The position numbers were made by a program, and so were the translations under genes. From Stegostoma tigrinum (lineage: Eukaryota), in contig NC_081394.1 in assembly GCF_030684315.1 (NCBI RefSeq), positions 5,426,163 to 5,490,162 on the forward strand: a DNA stretch of 64,000 nucleotides. Reading direction: 5' to 3'. This document shows positions 12,425 through 24,545 of the stretch, one piece after another (position 1 is the stretch's first letter; each line of letters begins with the position of its first letter). The notes beneath the pieces were generated by a model. The model saw nothing but the letters and a program-made list of their open reading frames with translations, did not search any database and was not told the DNA's origin.

Positions 12425-13110
12425 CATTGAAACGCAGAACAGAGGAGCAGGAGTAGGCCATTCAGCCCTTCAAGCCTGTTCCACCACTCAATATGATCAT
12501 CACTGATCTTCCAGTTCAGGGATGGTCTCACTAAGATCTTGTACAATTGTAGCAAGGCATCTCCACTCCTGTACGCAATTCCTGTCACTATGAAGGCCAA
12601 CGTACCATTTGTCTTCTTCACCACCTGCTATGCTTAACTTCAGAAACTGGTGTATAGGGACACCCAGGTCTTGTTGCGCCTCCCCCTTTCCCAATCTATC
12701 ACTGTTCAGATAATTATCTGCCCCCCTGCTTTTGGTTCCAAAGCGAATGACCTCACATTTATCCAAATTATCTGCATCTGCCAAGCATTTTCCCACTCAC
12801 TCAACTTATCCAAATCACACTGAAGCATCTCTGCATCCTCCTCACAGTTCATCTTCCCACCCAGCTTTGTGTTGTCGGCAACCTTTGAGACATTAACTTA
12901 AAACCCTCATCTAAATCATTCATATATTGTGTGCATACATGGGATTCAAGCACTGAAGCCATTTGGTACCCCACAGATGCCAAGCTAACCGGTCTATATT
13001 TCCCTGTTTTCTCTCTCCCTGCTCTTTTTAAAAATTGTATGGTTACATTAGCTACCCTCTAATCCATAGGAGCTCTTTCAGAGTCTATAGAATCTTGGAC
13101 AATAATCAGT
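12425..13110 (-). mobile_element. CR1 LINE RT fragments in the V-stalk intron (copies at ~17958, ~33585, ~44913, ~56245)
   Basis: LDKCEVIHFG, QQDLGV, YRSGDALLQLYKxLVRP; degenerate. Confidence 0.8.
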
Positions 13111-13384
13111 AATCCAGCAACATACGCTGGGAGTGTTCTTACCTAAAGGGTCATCAGTGATTAGTTTCACAACAATTCAACATCTTCACTGTCACTTTTC
13201 TTCTTTCTCTTTTCAGATTTTTATTTAATACCCTGAATTTAAACCCTGGAAGTCCCATGGTGGGATGTGAATTTTTATTCTCTGGATTATTAGTCCAAGT
13301 CTTCACATTTCTCATAACCCCTTCACTGCTATCCCCGTAGCATCAGAGATTAAATACACAATACCTAAAACAGAAACCTCTCAC

Positions 13385-13796
13385 CTTTTACTGAGAGATG
13401 AACAATTTCAGTTTGCTCCCAATATACACCTACAGTCGTGCAGAAAATCTGACAGTGATACTCATCCTGGTCTGTCTTCTGAAGGTCAGAGATCAGAACT
13501 GACCAGTTGCCTTTTTCCAGCTGATCTTTGAACAGGTTTGTTCTGTTTATGAACTGTGTATCTTGTTCTCTCAAATTATCGTTTCCATAGACAAACTTGT
13601 GTACAATTTCCGTCTTGCGTCTCCTCCAGATGACCAGTAAATCAGAGACTGGGATTTTCCCTTTGTAGATACAGGGCAGTACAACCTGCTCTCCAAGGAT
13701 GAGAATATAGCTGCAGATAAACAGATATAAACCAATCGCACTGAACACAATCATAATTATAATCCTCTGATACACACCTCCTTTACGCACAGACAT
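13385..13796 (-). CDS. Chimeric ORF: repeat-derived hydrophobic leader fused in frame to a 5'-truncated V exon
   Basis: ATG at 13796 gives MSVRKGGVYQRIIIMIVFSAIGLYLFICSYILI|LGEQVVLPC...LSVK with the donor intact after 13385. Stalk exon at 11826-11788 and DTGL* exon at 10594-10581 lie downstream. Confidence 0.4.
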
Positions 13797-14009
13797 ACGC
13801 ACAAACAAACAGAGAAAATAGATTACTCGCGTGAGTGGAGAAAGCTGGAAAGTCAGTTCAGGCGTCTTTCGTAATTAGTTTCCTGCAAGTTGCAACTGAA
13901 CTTTTTACAAGCTCAGAGAATGGGCAGCTTCTGCGGCGAACAACGGCACAATCTTTTGTCTCATTCGTTCTGTGTCTCTGGGAATTGTTTTCCACCACTC
14001 TCCGAATTC

Positions 14010-15300
14010 AAAAGGGATGGAAAGTGGGAGAGTGAAAAGAAGGCAAGAGATAAGGAAAGGATAACTGGGAACGCTTCACGGTGTCCTCCTCAGATCAAAA
14101 GGGAAAGTACCGAGGGTGGAAGTGAAAGTCAGAAGCCAATGGTGTTTCCACGGTACCAAGGTGGGACACTTGCATTCAGAATGCTGGAGGTTCAACTGGA
14201 AACAGATAGGACGGATTGGAGTTTGTAAGAATGAGTCTGAAAAAGAAAGAAATCAGGTTGTAGCTCGAATTAAAATTAGAGGTAGACTCTGCCGTGAATG
14301 TCACAAAAATTCATAGCATAGATGAGAAATACGAAGGATTTTTGTGCACGGGCCATTTTCTTCAAAGGAAGAATCCAAGTTGATAACTATTCTCAGAGAT
14401 ACAAGGGCTACTCAAACTCTCTTGAGGGAGTAGGATTTAATTTTCCATTCAGAGATTTCAATGAAAGCCACCGTGTTGGGAAATGGAATAGATGGAGAGG
14501 ATATTCCAGTTTGCTTTCTCCAAAGTCCAACTGAAGCATAGCTTGGGTTGACTGCGCTCATGGTAGTCAGGACAGTTAAGAAATGACCTGTAGATGGAAT
14601 TCTTTTACTTCTGGGGAATGATCTGACAGATGCAAAAGTTTCAACTTTGCTAATTATCACAGAAAGTCCAGCTGAAGCTTAAATGACAGAACAGTTAGAG
14701 GAACAGGTCCCAATATTCTTCCATCCTGTAGCATGACCAGATCAATTGATAAAGAAAGTCCAGCCCAGAGGTCACAGTAATACTGCAAACAGATTCTAGG
14801 GTCACTGAAGCTCCATTTAAGAATAAAGATAATTCAAAGGAAGCGTTTGGCATGTCTTCATTAACTGAGAATCAGGAAGCAGAGCCAAATTCGAGAGCGA
14901 TAGCACAGACAGCTCAGGCTGAGGCTCCGTCTGCCGGAGTTCCAGACTGTCATTATATTTTTAAAAAAGTTCTGATGAGGAAGTGGAGACATCCTCATTA
15001 ACCAGTGAATGACAAATAGATGATTGTTCATCAAAACTGGTACTGTCCAGATATTGTGAAGAAACTTTGTGAATCGCATGTGAAAGTCCAATAGCAGGAG
15101 ATATGAGAATATTGAAAACACAGGCGTCAATAAACAGGTATTTTATATGGGTCAGGGCTTCATAAAGACATAGTGCAGTTCTGTAAAACATAGACATGTC
15201 AGGAAGTAAGAATATTTCAGCATGTAATCACGATACCCACACGAGATTCTGAAGAACCTTTTAGTTGAGGGTTTGTGGGTTGTGAAGGATCATTTTCATA
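14010..15300 (+). mobile_element. Degenerate Gypsy LTR retrotransposon, gag-protease-integrase piece (copies at ~29640, ~40965, ~52290, ~63620)
   Basis: Decayed zinc knuckle CFHGTKVGHLHSECW, protease tail PVDGILLLLGNDL, then integrase Zn-binding region LMRKWR...SPIAG...KT...DIVQFCKT across stops and frameshifts. Confidence 0.7.
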
Positions 15301-16111
15301 TTTCTGGGAAAGATAATATAATTGCAGATAAATTATCCCAAATGTAAAATGTTAAAATAAGTTCAACATTCAGGAAATTCTAAGATTGTGTAAGATTCAC
15401 AAAATGAGAGGATCAATGAAAGTATGTAAATCTTGCTTTGATGCAGTGTAAAGAGGGAGGACGTGTGGCACAGCGGCTGCGTCCTTGTTTGGGGTCACTA
15501 CCTCCAGGTTTAAGGACTTCACCATGACAGAACGTGTGCCTTAGCTGGCCAAACAGGTTGATTATCAACCTGTAAACCCCTTCTTCAGACCTAGTGTCCT
15601 GATCAAGAAAAAAACATGTGGCAGCTGCTGTGAAAAAGTTAAGATTCCCCACATTGATGCTTCCCACACAGGGTCTCAGTGCGAGCATCATCCTCCCTCT
15701 GAGGAACAGGCAGCTCGCAGAAACAACTTTATCCAGCAGGTGAGGGATAATAGGAACTGCAGATGTTGGAGAATCTGAGATAACAAGGTGTGGAGCTGGA
15801 TGAACGCAGCAGGCCAAGCAGCATCGGAGGAGCAGAAAAGCTGACATTTTGGATCTAGACGCTTCATTGTTTTCTCAAACTGGAAACAGCATACTCATGG
15901 AACCAAGTAAATCTCAATAAGATGAGAAAATTCCCTTTCTCTCTGGGACTGGGGTTGGGGGAGCGGAAGGGCAGCTTACACCTGGATCACTGTTACTCTC
16001 CACTGACTTCACTTTCCATCAGTTTCCCAACAGCAGGGTTGCATTCAAAGTGTACTGAGACTCTCCACACAGAATTCCAGAAACACTAATGTCAGTGGGA
16101 AGCAGGGATCC

Positions 16112-19100
16112 TCAGAGTCCTGTATCTGAGTCCCATGATGGGATTTGAATTCTCATTCACTGGATTATTAGTCCAGGTCTCTGGACTGTTGTCTAGTAAC
16201 ATGACCAACACTGGACACCCCCAAACAAGTGTCTTCAGGCCCCTACTGTATTGCATGTACAGCTATGACTGTGTTGCCAAATTCCGAATGAACACCATCT
16301 GCAAGTTCACTGCTGACTTCAGCATGGTGGGATGGCTATCTAACAACAGAATGGAGTTGGAGGGCTTGGCCATGTGCTGCAATAAAAACAGTCTGTCTCC
16401 CAACCGCTGCAAAACTAAAGAATTGATCATTGACTTCAGGAAGAATGGAGGAGAACATGCCTCCATCTATTTCGATGGAACTGAGGTGGAGAGGATGAAG
16501 AGCATGATGTTCCTTGAAATGACAATAACGGACAACCTGTCCTGGACTTGCCACGTAGACGTGACAGTCAAGGAGACACGGCAATGCCACTTCTCGCTCA
16601 GGCGGCTCAGGAAATTGGCATATTGACAAGGTCCCTCACCAGCCTCCATAGATGCACCATTGAAAGTGCTCCGTCCGGGTGTATAACGGCCTGGTACGGT
16701 AACTCTTCTGCCCAGGACTGTGAGAAACTACAGAAGGCTGTGTGCACAGCCCAGACCATCACAGAAGCCGACCTGCCATCCGCGGACTCTACTCACACAG
16801 CTCACTGCCACAGAAAGGCAGCCAACATCATCAAAGACTCATCACACCCGGGTAATGACCTTCCATAACCTCTTCCATCAGGCAGAAGATACAGAAGCCT
16901 GAAAGCATGTACGAACATGTTCAGGAGCAGCTTCACTCTGGCTGTTATCAGACTGTTGAATGTCTTCTCACCTCAGCCAATGGAACCTGCAATGTAACCT
17001 GCATGCCTCTATTTGCTCTGTACATCCCTTGCATGCTGTGATCTGCCTGTACTACATGTAAACAAAGCTTTTCACTGATTTATTGTCACATGTACCAAAA
17101 TACAATCAATCTGATGGACAGGAAGGGGTCTCTCAACAACTTAATAACAAATTCCAAGGGCCAGTTCCAGGTAACAGTGACCCACATCACTCACTTTAGC
17201 AGACTCATTCTTTCATACAATACCACACAGCATTGCAAACCACCAATGTCGCTCCCTGTTTATCCCGCATGATCAAATGTAAGATATGAAAACACAGCAA
17301 TATTTTACACACAGATTTACCTGGTACAGTTGTGTTTGGTCCAGCTGTAGGAGCTCGCTCTAAAGAAAACAACATGCGTTTGGTACAGTGTGTGAAACAA
17401 ACTGCAGAAATGTTCAGAGATTCTATCGGGCTTTAGGGAAACACATCCAAGGAGGAATGAGGATTGGGTCAAACTGATCAGGAGGGATCAAGGACAGAAT
17501 GGGAGTGAAAATTCCAACAAGATTGTGTTATCTGTAGAATGGAAGTTTTCCAGAGTTTCCCTGAGCAGGATCATTCCCAGCAGATTTCATCCCCCTGTGG
17601 GGACAATTCTCACAGGATCCTGGACCAAAAGGGAGACACTTTCAAGCTCAGTCTTCAGAGCCTTGTAAAGGCTGCATCGGGGGTTCTGTGGGTCCCACGT
17701 CCTGCACCCCAACCTCTGGAAACAGAAGCGCCGTGTTTCTGGGAAGGAAGTGTAGGTTATGGCACATACAGTTATATGATATATTGGTCTGTCTTTAGTT
17801 TGGCCTGAATTAGACTTGGAGTCTGTTCAGTTATGTTCTGTTTTGTTTTCTCTCTCGTGGTTTAAAACTGATTGAAGCTCTGAATAAATCAGAGCATGGT
17901 TAATGTCAGACTGGAGTCACACAGACCAAGTAAGGGCACCAGGGTTTTATACCAAAACATTGGAACGCAGAACAGAGGAGCAGGAGTAGGCCATTCAGCC
18001 CTTCAAGCCTGTTCCACCACTCAATATGATCATCACTGATCTTCCAGTTCAGGGATGGTCTCACTAAGACCTTGTACAATTGTAGCAAGGCATCTCCACT
18101 CCTGTACGCAATTCCTGTCACTATGAAGGCCAACGTACCATTTGTCTTCTTCACCACCTGCTATGCTTACCTTCAGCAACTGGTGTACAGGGACACCCAG
18201 GTCTTGTTGCGCCTCCCCCTTTCCCAATCTATCACTGTTCAGATAATTATCTGCCCCCCTGCTTTTGGTTTCAAAGTGAATGACCTCACATTTATCCAAA
18301 TTATCTGCATCTGCCAAGCATTTTCCCACTCACTCAACTTATCCAAATCACACTGAAGCATCTCTGCATCCTCCTCACAGTTCATCTTCCCACCCAGCTT
18401 TGTGTTGTCTGCAACCTTTGAGACATTAACTTAAAACCCTCATCTAAATCATTCATATATTGTGTGCATACATGGGATTCAAGCACTGAAGCCATTTGGT
18501 ACCCCACAGATGCCAAGCTAACCGGTCTATATTTCCCTGTTTTCTCTCTCCCTGCTCTTTTTAAAAATTGTATGGTTACATTAGCTACCCTCTAATCCAT
18601 AGGAGCTCTTTCAGAGTCTATAGAATCTTGGACAATAATCAGTAATCCAGCAACATACGCTGGGAGTGTTCTTACCTAAAGGGTCATCAGTGATTAGTTT
18701 CACAACAATTCAACATCTTCACTGTCACTTTTCTTCTTTCTCTTTCCAGATTTTTATTTAATACCCTGAATTTGAACCCTGACAGTCCCATGGTGGGATG
18801 TGAATTTTTATTCTCTGGATTATTAGTCCAAGTCTTCACATTTCTCATAACCCCTTCACTGCTATCCCCGTAGCATCAGAGATTAAATACACAATACCTA
18901 AAACAGAAACCTCTCACCTTTTACTGAGAGATGAACAATTTCAGTTTGCTCCCAATATACACCTACAGTCGTGTTCCAGAAAATCTGGCACTGATACTCA
19001 TCCTGGTCTGTCTCCCTGAGGTCAGAGATCAGAACTGACCAGTTGCCTTTTTCCAGCTGATCTTTGAACAGGTTTGTTCTGTTTATGAACTGTGTATCTT

Positions 19101-19791
19101 GTTCTCTCAAATTATCGTTTCCATAGACAAACTTGTGTACAATTTCCGTCTTGCGTCTCCCCCAGATGACCAGTAAATCAGAGACTGGGATTTTCCCTTT
19201 GTAGATACAGGGCAGTACAACCTGCTCCCCAGCGAACCCAGAAACTGACACAGGCGAGTCACGTGCAAAAGAGTGAAAGTGTTTATCCACAGATATAACC
19301 TCCCTGCTGGTACATTACATCCCAAGCTTCACATGGATACATTGAGATGCTGAAATTACAACAACCGCAGCTTCATTTCATTTCTGTGGAAAGGTCAAAG
19401 TTCAGGATGGCTCTATTTATCATTAACGGTTCCCTGCGATACATTAATCGGAGTTTAAAAGAGTTTAGAAACGTATAAAATTTTGGCAGGACCAGATAGG
19501 ATCACAGCACTGACCTGAAACAGCAGAAACAGCACTCAGCAGGAGCAGCAGGGGGAGCGGTTTCTGTGAGCAATGTCCCTGCAACAAGAAAACACTGTGA
19601 GCCCCTTTCCCGACACATTCACTGCTCGGAAAGCTTTCCCCCGCATTTACCTCCCTCCATGTCCGCGGGTGGCAGGCACTGACAGTAAATACCTGCATCT
19701 CCTTTCCCGGGACCCGGACTGGGATCAGGATCAGGGCCAGACACCGACAGGAGACCGAGAAGCTGCTGAGAAACACTTTGTAAAACTCCAT
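16112..19791 (-). pseudogene. IgV gene copy with open exons but a destroyed V-exon splice acceptor
   Basis: Exons 19791-19693, 19578-19515, V 19262-18918 (open, 345 nt), stalk 17359-17321, DTGL* 16125-16112. Acceptor reads ttttgcAC|gtgac (plus-strand 19263 is g, versus c in genes A/B/C). Confidence 0.65.
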
Positions 19792-20061
19792 GTTAGAGGA
19801 AGCGCAGACTGTCCATTATCGGAGCCGTTGATGCAATGTCCCGCTGGGTTCCCTGTTCGCTGGGAAATGTGTTGTTCCCCTAATAAATTGCATCTGTCAT
19901 CAAGAGGCGCCCCCACCGTCCAAATCGCAGCAAAATGTCCTGGTTCTTCAGAAAGTGGTGAAAAGCACAAAGCAGTTTCTGTTGTCTCGGCCTGAAACGT
20001 GTTTGTGCTCCTAAGATGCACCGCACCCACTGCGTTTATCCAGCTCGACACTGTCATCGCT

Positions 20062-20072
20062 CTTTCAGTTTC
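20062..20072 (-). promoter_or_regulatory. ISRE-like motif upstream of exon 1 (also 35688-35698, 47016-47026, 58349-58359)
   Basis: Minus strand GAAACTGAAAG matches GAAANNGAAA, about 270 bp upstream of the ATG in a CpG-richer region. Confidence 0.3.
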
Positions 20073-20778
20073 ATTTGCTTTGGCCAGGTCGGAAAGTTGT
20101 TTGCAAACAGTGACAATTCACAACCTGACCCACATTGTAGAGAGAGGGGTGGTGTCTGCGGATCACCCCACCCCTCCGCCGTTCCTTCCCACACCCCGGC
20201 TCTGGATTCACAGTTTCCCGGGAGCCCCCCTCTCGGATCGGTGTCTCACTCGAATCCCTTCAGGCCAAAAGCAGCTTTGACCCGGACTTTTCCGACAGAG
20301 TCTGCACCGAGATCTCTCACTCCCCCGCCGTCTCTGTGCGAATGGTAGAGTCCGGGAGCTGGCGCGCCCTCTGCTGTTCAGACCCATACTGTTCCCCTAC
20401 AGTCTCACATGTGGGGCAGGGGAAAGGACCGCGAATGGACCCAACCGTGAGAACATCGCTGACCCACATGAACGGACCTTTCCAACAGCAAAAGCAAAAT
20501 GGATTACTGTGTTATCCAGCTTCACAGCGTGTTATCTCAGATTCTCCAGCATCGGCAGTTCCTGCTATCTCTAGGTTCCTTGTACGTAGGTTTGCACCGA
20601 GGTACATTGTACATCGTATGGAGCCGTGTGGAGGAGCTGCTGTTAACTTTCCCCTCTACTCCTGTTCTTTTGGAATTTGAGTGCAAGTGACAATAAATCT
20701 CATTCTCATCCATTCTATTCATCGCAGAATCGGCTCTGGGCTGTTTCTGACTGAGACACAATCTGATCTTCATCCAGC

Positions 20779-22292
20779 ATGGAGTTTTACAAAACGTTTC
20801 TCAGCAACCTCTCGGTCTCCTGTCGGTGTCTGGCCCTGATCCTGATCCCAGTCCGGGTCCCGGGAAAGGAGATGCAGGTATTTACTGTCAGTGTCTCCCA
20901 CCTGGGGACACGGAGGGAGGGAGGGGAATCTGTGGCAAACTTTCCGAGCAGTGAATCTGTTTGAAAGGGGCACATTATGTTTTCTTGTTGCAGGGACGGA
21001 TCTCACAGAAACTGCTGCTGCTGCGAAATGTTATTGGTGCTGTTCCAGGTCAGTGCTGTGACTGCTGGGACATTTCAGCTGTGACCAATAGATGGGGGTG
21101 GACTGGGCTGAAAGGAAGGCACTTGAATGTCTTCAAGTTAACCCCTGGGATGTGGGCAGTGGCATCTGGACACTGAGCAAACAGTCACCAACACTGTAAT
21201 GTTTTTGCTTCTAAACTCCACCTCACAATGTACATCATCCCTTCCATTCCTCCCCAGGCTCCCAACATGTGTCCAAATGGGGAACATTTGGTTTGAAGTG
21301 TGGTCCAGCTGTTCAGTGCTGACAAATATCTGGCACAAGCTGCTTTTGGGTGGGATTCCTGAATTTCTGAGCTTTAACCCTTCCATAGAAATGAAAGCAG
21401 TGAGTTACTGATCAGAGCTTCTTGTAAATCCAGCATCACAGCGTAACCATGAGAAGCTTGGCATGTAAAGTACCAGCAGGGAGGTTATAGCTGTGGATAA
21501 ATACTTTCACTCTTTTCTAAATACTTTCACTCTTTTCCTGGTGACTGTCCTGTCCCAGTTTCTGGGTTCCTTGGGGAGCAGGTTGTGCTGCCCTGTACAT
21601 GAAAAGGAATTGCCTCGGACTCTGATTTCCTGGTAATCTGGGGAGCATCCAAATGTGAACTTATATAAAAGTTTGTCGATGAGAACAACGATTTGAGAGA
21701 CCAGGCCCCAAAGTTCAGAAACAGAACAAACTTGTTCAAAGATTAACTGGAACAAGGCAAAACTGGTCAGTTCTGATCTCTGACCTCAGGGAGACAGAGG
21801 AGGACGAGTATCAGCGTCAGGTTTAACTGCAGGATGGGGGATCACTTTCGATGGGAGGGAGTTGTTCACTTCAAGCTCTCTGTCACAGTTGAAGGTCTTT
21901 GTTTCAGCTTTAGTTTTATCTCTGACTTGAGATGGCACATTCTTTATTAGTTGACTCGTCTGCAGTGTTTGAGCATTTCTGCAGTTTGTTTCACACACCG
22001 GACTAAACACATGATGTTTACTTTAGAGCGAGATCCGACTCTTGGACCGGTCATACGTGTTAAGTCTGTTTCTAAACTACTGCTTGTGTTTTCAGCTCTT
22101 ACATTCGATCATGCTGGATAGTCTGAGAGGAACATTGCTAGGTTTGAAATGCTGTGTGATACTTTCCCAAAGAATGACTGTTATAGCGAGTGGTGTGGGT
22201 TACTGTTACCTGAAACTGGTTCTTAAACTCCCTGGAATTGTAATTTCTGTTTCTGAGATTGCCCTTCCTGTCCCTCAGATACAGGACTCTGA
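20779..22292 (+). pseudogene. Inverted (head-to-head) IgV paralogue, fully pseudogenised
   Basis: Exon 1 20779-20877, leader 20994-21048, V 21541-21888 (acceptor AG to TG, three in-frame stops, a frameshift, second Cys to Arg, donor GT to TT), stalk from ~22027, DTGL* exon from 22279. Confidence 0.85.
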
Positions 22293-22739
22293 GGATTCCT
22301 GTTTCCTGCTGGTATTAGTCTTTCTGGAATACTGTATGAACAATATTGCTACAATTTTACCAGTACCCTCCTGTTCGGAAGCTGATGAGATTGGGAGTCA
22401 GTGGAGAGTCATATTGAACGAGGAGTAACCTGGCCTTTCACCTTGTCCCAGTGAGAAATGAATTTTTTTACTTGTGTTGAGATTTCCTTGGCTGGCACTG
22501 CCATCTACCTGCTTCACAGTTTTATACAGGAACCAGAGTCTGGGTTAATCTGTCTGAAGCCCCTTTAATAGAGAACCAGAGTCTCAGTTAACCACATGAT
22601 TGACCTCAACACAGTAAACAAGTTCAGGGATTATTTTCAATACAGTGTAGAGCTGGAGGAATATAGTAGGTCAGGCAGCATCGGAGGAGCAGGCAAGTTG
22701 ACGTTTCAGATCGCTCCCTCAAAACATTCACTCACATTT

Positions 22740-23215
22740 GTTAAGCATGATCTCCCTCTGACTAAGCCATGCTGACTACCCCTGATTAAATTATGCCTCT
22801 TCAAGTAGAGATTAGTTGCCTGCTTTAGAATTTTCTCCGATACTTTCCCTCCCACTGACGTGAGACTCACTGGTCTGTACTCCCTGGCTTATCTCCTTCT
22901 TGAAAAGTGGAACTGCATTAACTATCCTCCAGTCCTCTGGCACCTCTCCTGTGGCCAGAGAAATTGAAAATTTGGGTCAGAGTCCCTGTGTGTCTTCCTT
23001 ATTCTCTCACAGTAGCTTGGGATGCAACACATCCAGTCCTAGGGATTTGTCCAACTTTAATCCTGTCAAAACCTCTCATACTTCCTCACTCCCAAAGTCA
23101 ATCTGCTTAAGAACATCATAGAGCATCTTTAAAAATTCTGTACCTAAATCTCGAATGAAGGCAGGTGTGGAATAATTGTTTAACACGTTACCAACGTCCT
23201 CCAGCTCCACACACT
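22740..23215 (-). mobile_element. CR1 LINE fragment
   Basis: Reverse-strand remnants of CR1 RT N-terminal motifs (degenerate YRPVSLTS and QHG regions). Confidence 0.6.
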
Positions 23216-24460
23216 TTCCAAGCAGTGAATCTGTTAGAAAGGGTCTCACTGTGTTTTCTTGTTGGTGGGACATGGCTCATGGAAGCTGCTCCTGCTGCTG
23301 CTAAATGTTGTTGCTGTTGTTCCAGGACAGTGGTGTGACTGCTGGGACATTTCAGCTGTGATTAAAGGTTCGGCTATGGGTAGTGGGGGGCTGGTGAAGA
23401 GAAAGACAACTGAAAGGAAGGCACTTCCCTTCAGGCAGCCCAGGTGAAACTGGATCTGAAGTACTAACTCCAATTTCTCTCCACAAATGCTGCCAGATTT
23501 TCTGAGCTTTTCCAGCTGCAACGGCAGTTATTTCGGTTTGTATTTGGGCACTTAATGTGTTCAGGTTAAGCCCTGGGACGTGAATAGTGTCATTTGGACA
23601 CTGAGCAAACTTAGTGACAGTGGGGAGGAATCCAATGGGAATGGGATGTGCTACTGAGCACTGGGATGAGGAATGGAGCAATTCGTTATTCCCTCTTTGA
23701 CAAAATTCCCTCTGTATTTCCGATGTGGGTTAATGCCTTCCACCCTCATGACCTGAGGGACAAATGATTAAAATCAAGGCAGAGGTGAATTGGGAGCTAA
23801 GATATGTCACTGACCAACACAGGGTGACAGGTGAATGTGAGTTGTATATGGGGCAGCATTGTTTTTACAATTACTGTTAAGTCTACCCTCTTCATCAATT
23901 TTGGGCTGAGTCTGCATGTACGGGGTGTGGGGGGGGTGTGGGGGGGAGAGGAAGAGGAAAGTCTAACCGGTTAGTGGTGGAGGGAGGTGAGTTTTCACAT
24001 TGCCTTGGCTCTTTTCAAACCATCAGGTGCTGCCTTATTCTGACACAATGTATTCAACTGTCAGTAATCCCACACCCTGTCCAAGCCCTTTTCACTTCCT
24101 CCAGTACCACACCGATTTCAGTCTTCAGGTTCAGAGCTTCAGTTCCACTAGCCTGCCCCCAGACATTTGTGTAGCTATAGCCACCAGCACGATGGGCCGA
24201 GAGCCAAATGCTGGAATAACTGTTGCCAGATCGTTTTTCAGCAGTGATAATACGAGGGCCCAAATGGCCTCCTTCAGTGCTTTATGTGCCTGAGTGAACG
24301 AGTGACCAGTATCCAGCTGTGTTCTCCCAGTGCATGTGTCGAAGTGGCAAACGTGATTCAAAGTGCTGTCTAGCTGCTCAGTGCTGACAAATATCCAGCA
24401 CAAACAGCTTTGAGTTGAAGACCCTCAAAGTCTGAGCTTTAAGCTTCCCACAGAAATGGC
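23215..24460 (+). pseudogene. Orphan leader exon plus intron 2 of a further + strand paralogue, truncated
   Basis: GHGSWKLLLLLLNVVAVVPG at ~23268-23326 with both splice sites mutated. The following intron resembles 2280-3050 (reverse complement) and 21050-21400. No V exon follows before the LTR. Confidence 0.65.
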
Positions 24461-24545
24461 CTGAACACCCTCAAAATATTTTAAGAAGTTCGCATCGACA
24501 CAATTTCCTGTTTTAAAGGTAGGTGTGAAGTGGCTGGTCCAGGTG

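Larger units (their letters stand above)
10280..13699. repeat. 3.4-kb duplicate of 15811-19232 (offset ~5531)
   Basis: ORFs 10604/16135, 12006/17539 and 13365/18898 are near-identical. Confidence 0.95.
13698..20463. repeat. Copy of the right-hand ~6.8 kb of the tandem unit (offset 15627 from unit A)
   Basis: ORFs at 13835, 17539 and 18898 recur at 29462, 33166 and 34525. Confidence 0.95.
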
